Source: Phaeosaccion multiseriatum (lineage: Eukaryota > Protista > Ochrophyta, other classes). Taken from it: a stretch of 64,000 nt of DNA. Below the pieces are notes generated by a model that was given only the letters and a program-made list of their open reading frames with translations, did not search any database and was not told the DNA's origin. Below, in pieces: positions 23,160-35,959 of this stretch. How positions within the stretch are numbered: position 1 is the stretch's first letter; each line of letters opens with the position of its first letter. The stretch is from assembly GCA_965112735.1 (NCBI GenBank), contig OZ218958.1, positions 2,790,001 to 2,854,000 of the forward strand, written 5' to 3'. The translations under genes and the position numbers were made by a program.

Positions 23160-26100
23160 GTATCCCTACGACTCACTTCCCCAGCAAAGCCCTCCTCCTC
23201 TTCTCCCCCCTCTTCTTCCCTCTGTCTCCAATGCTCCTTCTTGTCCTTCTCACACCCCTTCATCTCCAATCCCTCGCCCTCACCTCCCCCCCCGGAGACC
23301 ACTTCACCCTCACCACGCCCTCCACATCCTGCGCCGTCACTGGCTAAACTGGCGTTCTTACGGTAAGAATCTACGTTATCGTCCGCCTTTTGCTCGTCAC
23401 CGTCGTTGTCCTCCCCCCTCCCCTCCTCCTCCTCCTCCTCTTCATCCTCCTCCTCCCCCTCCTCCTTCTCCTGCTCCTCATCCTCCTGCTCCTCATCCTC
23501 CTGCTCCTCATCCTCCTGCTCCTCATCCTCCTCCTCCTCCTCCCCCTCACCCTCACACCCGCCCTCCCCCGTCTCCAGACGAGCATGGCCAGCCTCCACT
23601 CCGGACACCCCCCCTGGAGAAAGCATCACCCCCGGGTCTCCTCCCCTTGGGTCTCCCCCCCCTGGGTTTCCTCCTCCTACGATGCTGTCGAAGATGGCGA
23701 CGGCTTCATCGACCTCGTTCAGGGGCTCCTCTGCCTTACTGACATCTGAGCAGGTCAGCGAAGGAGGACTCCGATCTGGCGTCAGGTCTGACGTCAGGTC
23801 TGACGTCAGAGGGTGGGGGCTGCACCTCGGGATGCGGGAGGGGCGGGAGGTGAAGGGGGGGCGGAAGGAGGAGGAGGAGGAGGCCTGGCTTTGACGGGGG
23901 GCGGTGTTGCATGGGGACAAGCAGTTCAGGGCGTCCTCCAGCTGTTGGTGGTTCGTCGCGGTTGTTTCACAGACGCGGCAAACAGGGAAGAGGGGGCAAG
24001 GAAGGAAAGTGGTCAGTACGTCGTTGCACCCAACCTCAGTGGGCCGCTGTATACTGAAGTAACGGAGAGCTTCTGATGACTTGCTGACTTGCTGACTTAC
24101 TGACTCACCCAGAACAGCCTTCGCGAGCAAAAATACGTAAGGTTAAGTAGGCCATACGTAGGAAGGAAATGGAGACAGTGCTACGGACGACTGACATACT
24201 GACTGACCTGGGACAAGCCTTCTGTCATTTGCGTGACGGATCCGCGTGTGGTTGTGCATGAAGTGCCATCGTCCCTCTTGGTGGTGACACCCTTGAGAGC
24301 CGACATGACCTGCATCAAGCGCTGGGGGGGCGAGGGGGGGGTACAGAGAGGGAGAGAGAGGGGGGGGGGAGAGAGAGAGAGAGGGAGAGTAAGAAAGAGA
24401 AGGAGACAGACAAACACAGAGAGGGAGAGCAAGAGAGAGAGAGCAAGAGAATAAGAGGGAGAAGGAGATGCAAAGACAGAGAGAGAGGGGGGGGGAGGGA
24501 GAGGGATAGGGAGAGAGAGACCCGACTCTCACACACACAAAGAGAGGGAGGGACGGAGAGCGGAAGCGGAGACGAAGGCGTGCACTTACTCTTTGTCTTG
24601 AGTTGGCGGAGCTCTTGGTACTGCTCACGCCACCTCCCACATGACTGCTGCTGCTGCCCATACGACTCAAGCCAGTGCCAATAAGACTGATGCCACTGCC
24701 CCTACGACTGCTACTGCCGGCACGCTTACTGCCCGCCCTCTCTGGCGAATCAGTTGGTGATACAGCAGCAGCAGCAGCAGCAGCAGCAGGAGCAGCACTT
24801 CCCCCGTGAGCGTGAGTGGTCGATTTGCGACGGTCACGATTTGTAACTGTGACAGTGACACTGCTGAGAGCCGCTTCCCTCACCCCCGGGGGGATTGCCA
24901 TCTCCTCACTCACCACGGCGCCGCCCTCGTCACTACTGACACCGATGCTGACGGCACCACTGACCCGCTCACTGATACCCTCCCCCACCCCTCCCCTTGT
25001 TCCCTCGCTCATCTCCACGGCACGACCCGTCACGCTTTTCAACACGTCCCTCACATCATCCTCGGCCGCGACGGCATGGGGCTGACGAAGCACCACATCG
25101 CCGGCTTCGTCGCCAGCAGCATCACCACCTTCATTGCCCTCATCATCCGCATCACCCTCGCCCGCTGTTCCTGCCCCTGTCCCATGCTGCTGCTGTATCA
25201 CCAACTGCTGCCGCTCCTCCTCCTCCTCCTCCTCTTCCTCCTCCTCCTCCTCCTCCTCCTCCTCCTCCTCCTCCTCCTCCTCCTCCTCCTCGGGATGCAC
25301 AACTGCCACAGGAGGCTCCACAGCCGCCACATCGACATCAACATCGTTATCCATATCCATATCAACCTCTCCCTCCCCCCGGGGGAGACCGTCGTCGTTG
25401 CCGTCGTCGGACAAAGACGACCCCCCTGGGGAAGCATCATCATCATCATTCTGAGATACATCTAGAGAGGGGCTGCTCGTCTTGCCGCTGCCGCTCCTGT
25501 CCGTGTTGTATCCCCGGGGAGAGTATGTTGCTGCCGTCTTGAAAGTGCGGATCGGGCTGCTACACGCCACTTCTGCTGCTGTATCACCAACTGCTGCTGC
25601 CACTGCTGCTGCTGTTACAACTGCCTCATGTACTACTGCTGCGGATGCTGCCACTCTCCTTCCTGCTTGGGCGTCCCCTGCTTCCCCCCTCCTCATCACC
25701 GTCCTTGATGGCTCCACCTCCTCTGATTCTCCTTCTCTTCCTGTTGCTGGGGGGGGCTCACACGACAGGGAAAGTGGTGATTCAGTCGAGGCCATTTGAG
25801 GTGGAGACGAGGTTTCCAGTTGCTGCTGCTGCTGATGATGATGATAACCTTGCTCTACTGCTTGCTGCAGCACTTGTTGTTGTTGTTCTTGTTGTTCTTG
25901 TTGCTCTTCTTCCTCTCCTTCCTCCTTTGCCGAGGCTGTACACACGTACTCCCGCGCCGTCGGCACTACTCTCGCGTTCAGTAAGTCAGCGAGGGTTTGC
26001 CGCCGTTGCGGAGGAGGAGGAGACGTTGAGGGCGACAAGTACAGCGATGAGGATACCAACGAGCGAGAGACATCCAAAGAGCATGTCGAAAGTAGCCCCC

Positions 26101-27047
26101 CCCCTGGCTGTGAGGCCCCTGACTGTGGTGCCCCTGGCTGTGGCTGCTGTGAAGGCGGTGAAGACGGGACGAGCACCGACGAAGACAGCAGCGACTCAAG
26201 ACTGCAGCGGACGTGGTCGTAGGAGCTTTCCTTGTCCCTGTCCCGACCCCTTTCCCTCCCCCTACCCTGGCGCCTCTCTTCGTATTTGTTGTGGTCCTCT
26301 TCCTCCATGTCCCCGTCGCTTCGTGGTGCTCCTCCGGCCAACAAGTTGGGCATCAATCCTTGCACACCATCTGCTGTCATCCTTATCGTGTCCACTGCCG
26401 TGTAGCAGAGCGTGGAGTCAGTCGGCAAAGGCCTTTCCTCCTCCCCGCCCTCGTGCTTCAAGTCGAACCATAGAGTGCCTTCGTCGCCCCCTCCGTCCAT
26501 TCCCTCACCCACGCGCTCGCGCTCCTGCCTACTTCTCCCCCGTCCGTACGTCTCCTCGTGCTGCTGCTGTATCAGTAACTGCTGCTGTATCACCAGCTGC
26601 TGTTGCTGCTGCTCCTCCTCCTTGACCACCTCTCCCATCCCGTCGCTCCACCGCACGTTGAGCTCTGCTTGTCTTGCCTTCATCCTCATCCATCGCTGAA
26701 TTGTGCTTGCCGCGGCTCTGCGCCGCTGACGCTTGGCCTCCACCTTCCGCGCTTGGGCTCGAATCTAAGCAATAGCGGGCGGGGCGGGGCGGGGGGGGGG
26801 GAGTCCAGGAAAGTCAAGAGAGAGACGAGGTAGATAGGAAAAAAGCACTGCTTTCCAGCCAACGCAATGCGCACAAGGGAGAAGGAGGTTACTGGAGGCT
26901 GTGTACATAAAAAGAGGTCCTTCGTACATAAAAAGAGGCCATTACCTTGATAAGGCCTTCTCTGCGCTGATCCTCCTGCCGCCGCTCAATGTCAATCGCG
27001 TTCCGTTTGTACTCCAGCAGACGTTCTCTCTCGGTTTGCTGCTTCGC

Positions 27048-27089
<42 letters not shown>

Positions 27090-27191
27090 ACTCCGCGGTG
27101 ACTCTGTTGCGGAAGACTCTGGTGTTGGTGGTGATGCTCCCAGGTCTTTCAATGCTTTCCTGGCCATTTCGAGGTAATCCACCTCCGCCAT
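20735..27191 (-). CDS. Very large acidic/low-complexity hypothetical protein with an IQ-like motif; exons about 26946-27191, 24590-26764, ~24208-24321, 20735-~23943
   Basis: Long minus-strand ORFs joined by in-frame GT-AG introns. AASTIQRWMR IQ-like motif. Poly-E/D/Q tracts are encoded by (CCT)n, (CAT)n and (CTG)n. Confidence 0.55.
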
Positions 27192-27659
27192 AATCAGCGG
27201 ACTGAGCTTAGTGCTTCAGGGGTAGCTTACGGGTCATGGTATCGTGCCACATCAAGCCTCCCTCTCACCAGCCATATTCTCTCCTCCCATCTTTGCTCTT
27301 TGTTACTAACATCTTGACTGGAGAGAAATGGCAAAAGCTCCAACAGCATCTCGACAACGCCACGTTCTGAGAGGTCTGATCCACAAGTTGACACCGCTGT
27401 TTGCGGCGGCGGTCTTTCCGGAGACCCAAGCCCCTGCTTCTGTAGGTGGTATGTGGGTGAGGTGGCTGCTGATCCTCTGTTCGAAGCTATGCCGCTACTT
27501 TGAATTGGGGGGGCGTTGCAGTGGACCTTGACAGTTGGTGCTCCATCGCCATTTGTTGATTGGCCTGAACCTCCACCCACCAAGAATTTTTTCTCTCCCT
27601 CTCTCTCTCTCTCTTCGCTTGTACCACTTGGCAATTCTTTGGAGAGCGAAGATCCTAGG

Positions 27660-30600
27660 ATGGGGCTACTCCAGATGGGGGCTTTCGCTGGGGTGATGTC
27701 CTTCTCTACTACCCAGGTGCTGGCGTTTACCCCACCATCTCCATTGCTCCAAGGCCGTCCAAGCCAGAGTAAATCTCTGCAGCAGCGACTTGGCGAGCGG
27801 GGCCCTGCCACTTGCACCAGCTGGACATTGCCTTCGTCGCGATCGACGTGGACGTCGGGCTCGGCTCTTGTCCCCTCTGCCATCTTTGGAGGGTGGGCTC
27901 GCCTGGAGTCCGGACACGTCTTGGTCAGATCTGTGTCAGCTCTGTCCGCAAGCTCCTTCTCTTCCAATGGTGGCGACGCTGAGGAGGGGAGGGGGGGGGA
28001 CAAGGAGGAGGGGGGCGAGGACGAGGAGAAGGAGAAGAAGGGTCAGGATGTAGAGGCAGTGGAGGCGGAGAAGGTGGTGGATGAGGAGGAGGATTTTGAG
28101 CAAGGGGGGAACACGGAGGAGGGGGTCGAAGATGAGGAGGACGAGGAAGAGGAGGTGAAGGGTAAGACTATAGAGGCGGTGGAGGCAGAAGAAGTCGTGG
28201 ATGATGATGATGATGATGATGGCAATGAGCAGGATAGCGCACTTTCGGAGTACCTACGGGAGCTCACTTTGCTGTACAAATCCCAGGAAGTAGGCGCCCA
28301 CTGGCAAGACTGCTCATCTTCTATCCTGACAGCGGATCTTGAGGGGATGCAGCTCGCCCTTCTGGACAAGGCAATGGAAGAGCAAGGTCCGAGCCTTCGG
28401 CAGGAGGGCTCGGCGGAGGAGGAGGCGAAGCGCCGCAAGAAGAACAACGACCTCGAGGAAGTGGCAGCGGCGGGACTGTTCGAGATTGTCAACTTTGACA
28501 TGAAGGAGCTCAAGGGAGATGTGCTGGGCTGCGACAACGCCCCTTTTGGCGATCGCAAGTATGTGTAGCAGTGTCAAGCTAAAGGCTTCGAGGGAGGGAG
28601 GGCGGGCAGGTGGGAGGGAGGGAAGGTGGGAGGCCTGTGACTGACTAGCTACCTTGTCTATCTTCCTCCTCTTATCCTCCGTCCCCTGCTCACATCTTCA
28701 TGTCACACCCTCAGTACGATACCCACTGACCCGTCTTCGTTTTGTCCCTTGAATGCACCACCCCTTACTAAGGCTTGTAGGCGTGAGCGAGGGTCCTATG
28801 ATCCCTCCGGAACAATGCCAGGCTATCATTGACGAAGCGGAGAGAATCGCTTCCGGCCAGGCCAGGGTGCGTGAGTGGGTGGGTGGGTGGGTGCGTGGGT
28901 GCGTGAGTGGGTGGATAGGCATTCGGTGGGCGGTGAGCGGAGGGGAATATCACACACTGTGCGACCACTCTCCCGTCTCCGTTCCCTGGTGCGCGTCTCT
29001 TACTAGGACCGAATCCTTCCCTCCGCCTCTCCCTGCCTACTTACCTCCCTCCCTCCCTACCTCCCTGCCTTCCTCCCCCCCCTACCTCCATCCCTACCTA
29101 CCTACCTCCCTCCCTCCCTCCCCTACCTCCCTCCCTCCCTCCCCTCCCTCCAGAGTTGGGCCACATACGAGAACTTTCGCCCTGACTTTGACCGTTACAG
29201 CGACATGAATGACATGGCACTTGTAATGCCCCTGCAGTGGCTGCCGGACTCCGAGCTGTGGTTGTTAGAGAAGGGCGTTCCCAAGACGCTGGCTCCCAGC
29301 GTGGCCAAGGCCTTCTCGTATTTGGATGACGGCGGCTATGGATCACGTGAGTGCGAGTGCGCGTGCGTGCGTGCGTGCGTGCGAGCGTGCGTGGGCTTTG
29401 TGTGTTTTGCTTGTTACGATCTCCGCGTATGTCATATTGATCAAGTGCTATTCTTTCTCCAACGAAACCTTTTTAACGTACAATACGCACAGACACGCAC
29501 ATGCATGTAAACACACACACGCCCTCACGCACACCCACACTCACACATACACAAACACGCACTCACACACAAACACCCGCGCTCACCCCTCACACTCCAA
29601 CACACCACAGAGCTCCGCGTGCATCAAGCCCTCATTGTCAAGTTTGACCGCTCCCAGGGCAAGATCAGGGAGCCCCTGCATCAGGTATGTATTAATCTTG
29701 TGTATACGTATGTATGTATATTTGAACGCACGTGTGTGTATGTGTGTATGTATTAATATTGTGTATTCCTTCGTGTGTGTATGTACGTTTGTATGCATGT
29801 ATGTGTGCGTGTGTATATGTATGTATGTATGCATGTATGCGTGTGTGTGTGTTGACATGGACAGAGGGGCTCCTGTGAGGAGCACAGATGTGTGTTTTGT
29901 CCATCCATGCCCTTCTCTTCGGAAGGATGGAGACGAATCCCTCCCTCCCTCCCTCACCACTACTCGTGTCTGTCTGCCTGCCTGCCTGCCCATCCACTGC
30001 CATCCCGCCTCCCCGTGTGTCGGTGGCAGGACCCGTCGCTGGTGACCGTGCACATTCCACTTTCCCCTCCAAGCGCCTTCAAGGGGGGGGGGCTCTTTGT
30101 GCAGGTGAGTGAGCTGCTGATACAGAGGGAGGGACGGACGGAGAGAGGGAGAGAGAGAGTGAGGGAAGTGAGCGAGTGGGTGAGGAGCGAGTGAGTGACT
30201 GTGCTCATCATCATCATCATCGTTCCTCTCTTTCTCTCCCCATCTCTTTTGGTCTCTCCCTGTCTCTTCCCCTCTTCTCTGTCTGTGTCCCTCTCCCTAC
30301 TTCTCACTCTGTCCTGATCTTCTTTCTCCGCTTATCGCTCCCTCCCTCCCTCCGTCCGTCACTCCCTCCCGCCCTCCCGCCCTCCCTCCCTCCCTCCCTC
30401 CCTCCCTCCCTCTGTATCCTCCAGCCCCTGGTGGGGGTGCCTTCGGAAGAAGATGATGACCGGGATGAGTCTGAGATAGACTGGGAGGACGTGAATGGAA
30501 TCTTGAACCTCGAGCAGGGGCAAGGTAAGGCACAAGCACACGCCGGCACCAAACCCAGCCGAGGCAGGGCAGGGCGGAGCAGAGTAGACCAGTTGGTGAT

Positions 30601-31516
30601 ACAACTCAGCGTAGAGCGTAGAGCCGAGGAACGCAAGGCGAAATACTCCCTCGCCTCCCGCCCACCTCCAATTCTGTTTTGACGGCAGACATGCATGGCA
30701 CTTGAGTTGAGCTTTGTGGATGGCAACAGACGGCTCGATAAGTTGATGGCAGCAGATGGCTCGATGGAGCGTCGGCACCTCTCTCTCATTCAGTCCTTGT
30801 GTACCCTACCATGCACCTGACTCCGTCGTCCTTCTGTTTGCCATCTGAGCAGTTATTGTCCTACAAGGCCTATAAAAGTGAAAACTGAAGCCTGACTTTT
30901 ACCATCTGCTGCCTTCCTTCCTTCCGTTTGCTTGCCCCTTCTTCTCCCTCTCCCTCTCTCTCTCTCTTTGCTGCTGCTATCCTGTCAGCGGCGGTGCTAG
31001 CGAGTGGGCTCTTCCACTACAACGAGGCAGTCAGCACTGGCGTACGGTGCGTTGCTCAAGGGATGGCTGTGGTCTTTCTGTGTGTGTAGGAGGAAACATA
31101 TTGACTTATGGGAATCAACCTTAAGAACTACGTGATGGTGTATGTGTGTGGTGGGGGTGTGGTGTAGTGTGGTCTTTTCGCGTTCTCTCCCCTCGTTCTC
31201 GCTCCTCTTTCCCTCTCCCTCATATCCCTCTATCACTCTCTCCCTCCTCCCCCTCTCTTCCTACCCCTCTCCCCTCCTCTCTTCTCCATCACTCCCCTCT
31301 CCCCCCCCCCCCCCTCCAGCTACGTCCTTCAGCTTCAGCTGCACAAGCAAGGCTATGTGGACCATGCCATGAGGCTGAGGATGAGAGGACAAAAGGCGAG
31401 AATGAAGGGCAAAATGGCGGACGCTCTCAAGTACATCGGGGTGGCCGCTCAATTGAATCCGGTACGTTAATTGAGCGGTGCATCGACCACGGTGAAGCAG
31501 ACGAAAGAAGGAGGAA

Positions 31517-31549
<33 letters not shown>

Positions 31550-32725
31550 GAGGAGGAGGAGGAGAAGTACTCTTCGCGTCTCACTTGCTCTCGAAAGCGA
31601 AGGTCTTGCTTCAAGCGAATGTACGACTACGTACATTTGCGTGTGTGCGTGTGCGTGTGTGTGTGTGCGTATGGGTGACCCTCTTGTCTTGGATTGGATT
31701 GGGTAGACATCCCCGCCCTCTCCCTCCCCCCTCACTCTCTCTCCCCCCCTCCCTCTCCCTTTCCCTGCTCCTCCCCTCCCCCTCTCCCCTCCCCTCACCC
31801 TCTCTCTCTCTACATACAGGGCGACGCCAGTGCCATCTACGAGGGTGCTATGGTGTACATGGAGAAGGGGCAGTACGTTCCCGCCATTATGGCGTTCGAG
31901 AAAGCCGTCCTCCTCGGATATGAGAATAAGAACGTTCACCATGAGGTAAGGAGAGAGGAGGGAGGGAGAGAGAGAGAGGGTAGGGGGGGCGGGGGAGGTG
32001 GAAGCGAGGGGGGCAGAGGAGGGGAAAGAGGGGGGGGGGAGAAGGGAGAGAGAGGGAGATGGGGAGAGAAGGGAAGATGAGGAGAGAGAGAGAGGCATAG
32101 ATAGAGGAGATGGGGAGGGAGATGGAGATAGCAGAGAGGGGGGGAGAGAGAGTGGGAGTGAGGGAGAGTTTTCAGTTCCCGCTTTAGCTTACTCTTCCCT
32201 CTCTCCTCCTCCTCCTCCTTCCTCCCTCCTCTCCACCCTTCCCACTCCTCCTTCTCCCACTCCTCCTCCTCCTTCCTCCTCCTCCTCCTCCTCTCCCACC
32301 TACACGCCTAGACCCTGTTCAACTTGGCGACGGCGTACAGAGAGGAGGGTCGATTGGAAGATGCTTTCTACACCATCACAGCGGCATGTAACACTGAGCC
32401 CGTAACGGCTGATGCGGTGTTCGAATTGAGCGAGATTAAGAAGAGACTCAAGGAGGAGAAGGGGGAGCAGTGGATGGCGGGTGCGGATGGGCTAAGCAGC
32501 AAGGGAGGAGGAAAAGGGTTCGGTGGCATCACCAGCAGCAGCAGCAGCAGTAGCGACAAGAAGAACAAGAAGAAGACGGGGGCGGGGGGAGACAAGAAGA
32601 AGGTGGAGAAGGAGGAGAAGGCAGTAGAGGACAGCACAGGAGGAGAGGGAGGGGAGGAATCGGATGCGAAGGATGCGGACAGCAAGACAAATGTTGTTAT
32701 CGACACGGATTTCGAGCCTCTCTGA
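27660..32725 (+). CDS. 2OG-Fe(II) oxygenase (prolyl-hydroxylase-like) with C-terminal TPRs, probable plastid presequence; ~10 exons
   Basis: Spliced motifs ALIVKFD..EPLHQ|DPSLVTVHIPLS..FKGGGLF (HxD) and LFHYNEAVSTGVR|YVL (distal H and R), followed by TPR-like exons. The N-terminus MGLLQMGAFAGVMSFSTTQVLA-FTP resembles a signal peptide with an ASAFAP-type cleavage site. Confidence 0.75.
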
Positions 32726-32899
32726 TACGGGGACTCGGAGACCCGGGGCGGGGAGGGGGGGGAGCCTTGTGCTTGACGGGCGCGTTGGACCTCCGACCAG
32801 GTCTGTGATCTGTGAGGATGTGCTTTCCCCTTGTGCATGTAGTGGGCAGGGAAGAAGTTGGGAGGGAGGGAGGGCTCCCGTCGAGTGCCATCCCTCCTC

Positions 32900-33745
32900 T
32901 GGTGACTACAGCGCGCACCCAATGCCCGTTGGTTGGGCCGTATGGCAGGCGTGGCGTGGTTCGGCTTGGCTGGGCTGCGTTTGCTTCCTTTGGTCGAGGG
33001 ACGTGTGGGGCGGAAGAGGGAAGCAGGTGTGTGCGAGTATATCCCCCGCCGCCGTCGCAGCCGTTGGTCAGTCCACCGTGGGCCGAGGGACGGATGTGTT
33101 GGCCTAGCGCAAGGTGATGGTCAGGGTATGACTCTTTTGATTGGTGCTGAGCTCGACAGGCGCATCGCTTCCTGCCCTCCCTCCCCCCTCCTTTGGAAAA
33201 CGCACCGTGCAAGAGTGCGGTTCGTTCCTTACGGCGGCGTCTCGATCGACAAAAAAGCCTCACGCATCACCACCGCTTGCTGCCAAGGGACTCAGGCCAT
33301 GCCTCATGCCTGCTTGCTTCCACGGGAGGGGCGTGCGAAGTAGTACGGAGGCCATTTTGTGGGGTCGTCTTGTTCCCCTTAAGCAAGGCGGTGTGCTGTA
33401 TGCATTGTGCATATCGGGGCTGATTGAGTGGTCCCACCCATCCAGTGACCGCCCCAAGGCTTCCTCAGTTGGGAGAGTGGAAGGTGTCGGGCAGCGGCAG
33501 ACGGTGGCAGCCTTCGTGGACTCTCTCTTGGCGTGGGCGAGTCGACGCCTGGGCCTGCAGACACTCAAAAGAGAGCAGGCAGGCAGTGTGGATGAGCGAG
33601 ACAGTCCAAGAAGGCACTGCGTTGTCACACCGCCGCCGAAGGGAGGGGTGGCGGGTTAGGGCTCACTCCTGGAGCAGCCACTGTAGACGCTCCCACTGTA
33701 GACGCTCCCACCGGGTATCACTCTAGTAGGGCCTTTGGGCAGTTC
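32900..33745 (+). pseudogene. 3' remnant of the cassette ankyrin-like gene (copy 1)
   Basis: Homologous to 36950-37450, 41240-42145, 49250-49716 and 57550-58010. No continuous ORF. Confidence 0.6.
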
Positions 33746-33747
33746 CA

Positions 33748-34008
33748 TTTTACCACTCGATTTGCGTAAGAATCGCCCAAATCGCCCGTTTTTTGGGGGT
33801 CGGGCGGCAAGGGGGAATCCTTTCCAATTGTCGGTAGGCATCTCAAAGAGCTATTTTGCTATTGAGCTATTTTGCTATTTTGCTATTCACGAAGAGCTAT
33901 AATTGTATAGCGCTTCTCTCAGCGTCACCCAAAGCTTGTTCTTATATTTTTTTTTTAAGATATTTTTCGGAGTTCTTCTATTCTTCAGGTACAAATCGAG
34001 TGTTAAAA
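33748..34008. mobile_element. Inverted-repeat-bounded segment (MITE-like/invertible), copy 1, orientation A
   Basis: Left arm TTTTACCACTCGATTTGCGTAAGAATCGCCCAAATCGCCC. Right arm is degenerate, ending CAAATCGAGTGTTAAAA. Confidence 0.75.
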
Positions 34009-34029
34009 AAAATTAATTAAAATAATAAA

Positions 34030-35826
34030 TTAACTTGAAGCCCCTCGGGTCGATCTGCAGGCAGAGGGAAATTGATCCCCATCGTAAGCTTCTTCAGCCC
34101 AGCAGTAGGCTCGGAAGAGGGCAGGGGTATTGAGAACTCAGTGTAAGAGCCCGCAGAGAGGGAGGGAGGTCCAGGGGGAGGTTAAAGTCACGCCCCATTT
34201 GCACCTCCTCCACACCATTGGGAAGGACCACATGCTGATTGAATCCACCTCCAAAAGGGACCTTCTTCAGCGAGGGGGGAAGAACGATTGGCCAGTTGAA
34301 CACTGAGAACCTTGGAAACTTCAGCTCCTCTAGAGAGCTAGGTAGCGCGAAATCCGACAGCTTGGTAGCGCCAAATCATCCTGATCGAAGCATACTCCAA
34401 AAGTGACCTTCTTCAGCGAGGCAGGGAGAACGATTGGCCTGTTGAACTTTGAGTCAGGCGAAAAATGCAGCTCCTCCAGAGAGATTGGTAACACCAAATC
34501 AGCCTGATCGAAGTGTTCTCCAAAAGTGACCTTCTTCAGCGAGGAAGGGAGAACAATTGGCCTGTTGAACTTTGAGTGAGGCGAAAACTGCAGCTCCTCC
34601 AGAGAGCTTGGTAGCACCAAATCAGCCTGATGGAAGTGATCTCCAAAAGTGACCTTCTTCAGCGAGGAAGGGAGAGCGATTGGCCTGTTGAACACTGAGG
34701 TCCATGTAAACTCCAGCTCCTCCAGAGAGCTTGGGAGCACCAAATCAGCCTGATCGAAGTGTTCTCCAAAAGAGACCTTCTTCAGCGAAGAAGGGAGAGC
34801 GATTGGCCTGTTGAACGATGAGAAAGATGAAAACTCCATCTCCTCCAGAGAGCTTGGAAACACCAAATCAGCCTGATTGAAGTGACGGCCAAAAGTGACC
34901 TTCTTCAGCGAGGAAGGGAGAACGATTGGCCTGTTGAACACTGAGTTCCATGCAAATTCCAGCTCCTCCAGAGAGCGTGGTAACACCAAATCAGCCTGAT
35001 TGAAGCGAATTCCAAAAGTGACCTTCTTCAGCGAGGAAGGGAGAACGATTGGCCTGTTGAACCTTGAGCCGTATGAAAACTTCAGCTGCTCCAGAAGGCT
35101 TGGCAACTCCAAATCAGCCTGATCGAAGTCTCTTCCAAAAGTGACCTTCTTCAGTGAGGAAGGGAGAACGATACGCCCGTTGAACCTTGAGTAAGATGAA
35201 AACTCCACCTCCTCCACGCCGCTCGGTATACCAACGTCGCAAGCATTGAAGAACCCGGAGAAATGCACAAGCTTGACCGACAGTGACAACAGTGCCAGCA
35301 CTTTGAGAGCAAGAGCCGTATCAGGAGAAGTCAGCTCGTCAGCACGTCGGCGTTGGATGCCGAGGCGCACCGCCCTGACGCGGAAGGAGCCCGCCATACC
35401 ATGGTCCGGCTGCCTCGCCCTAATCCTCCCCGACCTTCCAAGCCCTTCCACGGCATGTCTTCCCCGCATGGAGGCGGGAGGAGGAGAGGAAGCCGCAGCA
35501 AGGCGTTGAGCCTCCTCGCGCTCCCGCTGCCGCTGCTGCTTCAGCATAGTCAGTACACGCGACTGGATAGCTTGGGGCATGTCGGCGTTGATCACCAAAG
35601 CGCGGGAGGTTCCCTTGTCGACCTCCTTGCATACGCCCCATAGAGCCTTGCTCGAAACACGACCGGCAACCACCCTTAATGACGCCGGCCCGCTGCTGCC
35701 GAGACTGGTGCGCTCATCTGGCAAGTGCCCCCCCGCTCCACCGGTCTTTTGATGACTTTCTTCCATCACGCCGCCCCCCCCCTTCGCACCTCCCTTCGGT
35801 GTGGTGCCCTCCATTGTATTCTCCAT
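34030..35826 (-). pseudogene. FNIP-repeat gene 1 (7 units); open for 498 aa, then frameshifted before the C-terminal cap
   Basis: 41-aa units LPSSLKKVTFGxxFDQADLV-LPSSLEELxFxxxSxFNRPIV. A ~23-bp local duplication near 34340-34380 shifts the frame. The cap (LPNGVEEV.MGRDFNLPLDLPPSLR) lies in 34094-34303. Confidence 0.8.
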
Positions 35827-35959
35827 TAATTGTGGTGGGAAAAGGTCAGACCGATTGGACTTCCGCCCACGATGCGGAAGGAGCTGGCTTGACGTGTTGG
35901 TGCTAGAATCGTCGAGGTCTCACAGCTCCAAAGGAGAGGGAACGGGAGCAAAAACAAAC

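Noticed and set aside
22356-23894. Poly-Pro/Ser/Arg/Leu ORFs in alternative frames
   Set aside because: These are shadow frames of (CCT)n and (CAT)n tracts in the acidic minus-strand gene.
27227-28003. 258-aa minus-strand ORF
   Set aside because: It is antisense to the first exon of the oxygenase gene and has no recognisable motifs.
33700-33745. Helitron 3' end (CTAG|T) as the cassette boundary
   Set aside because: There is no convincing subterminal hairpin, one copy reads CTAGA, homology continues past the site, and no Rep/helicase is present.
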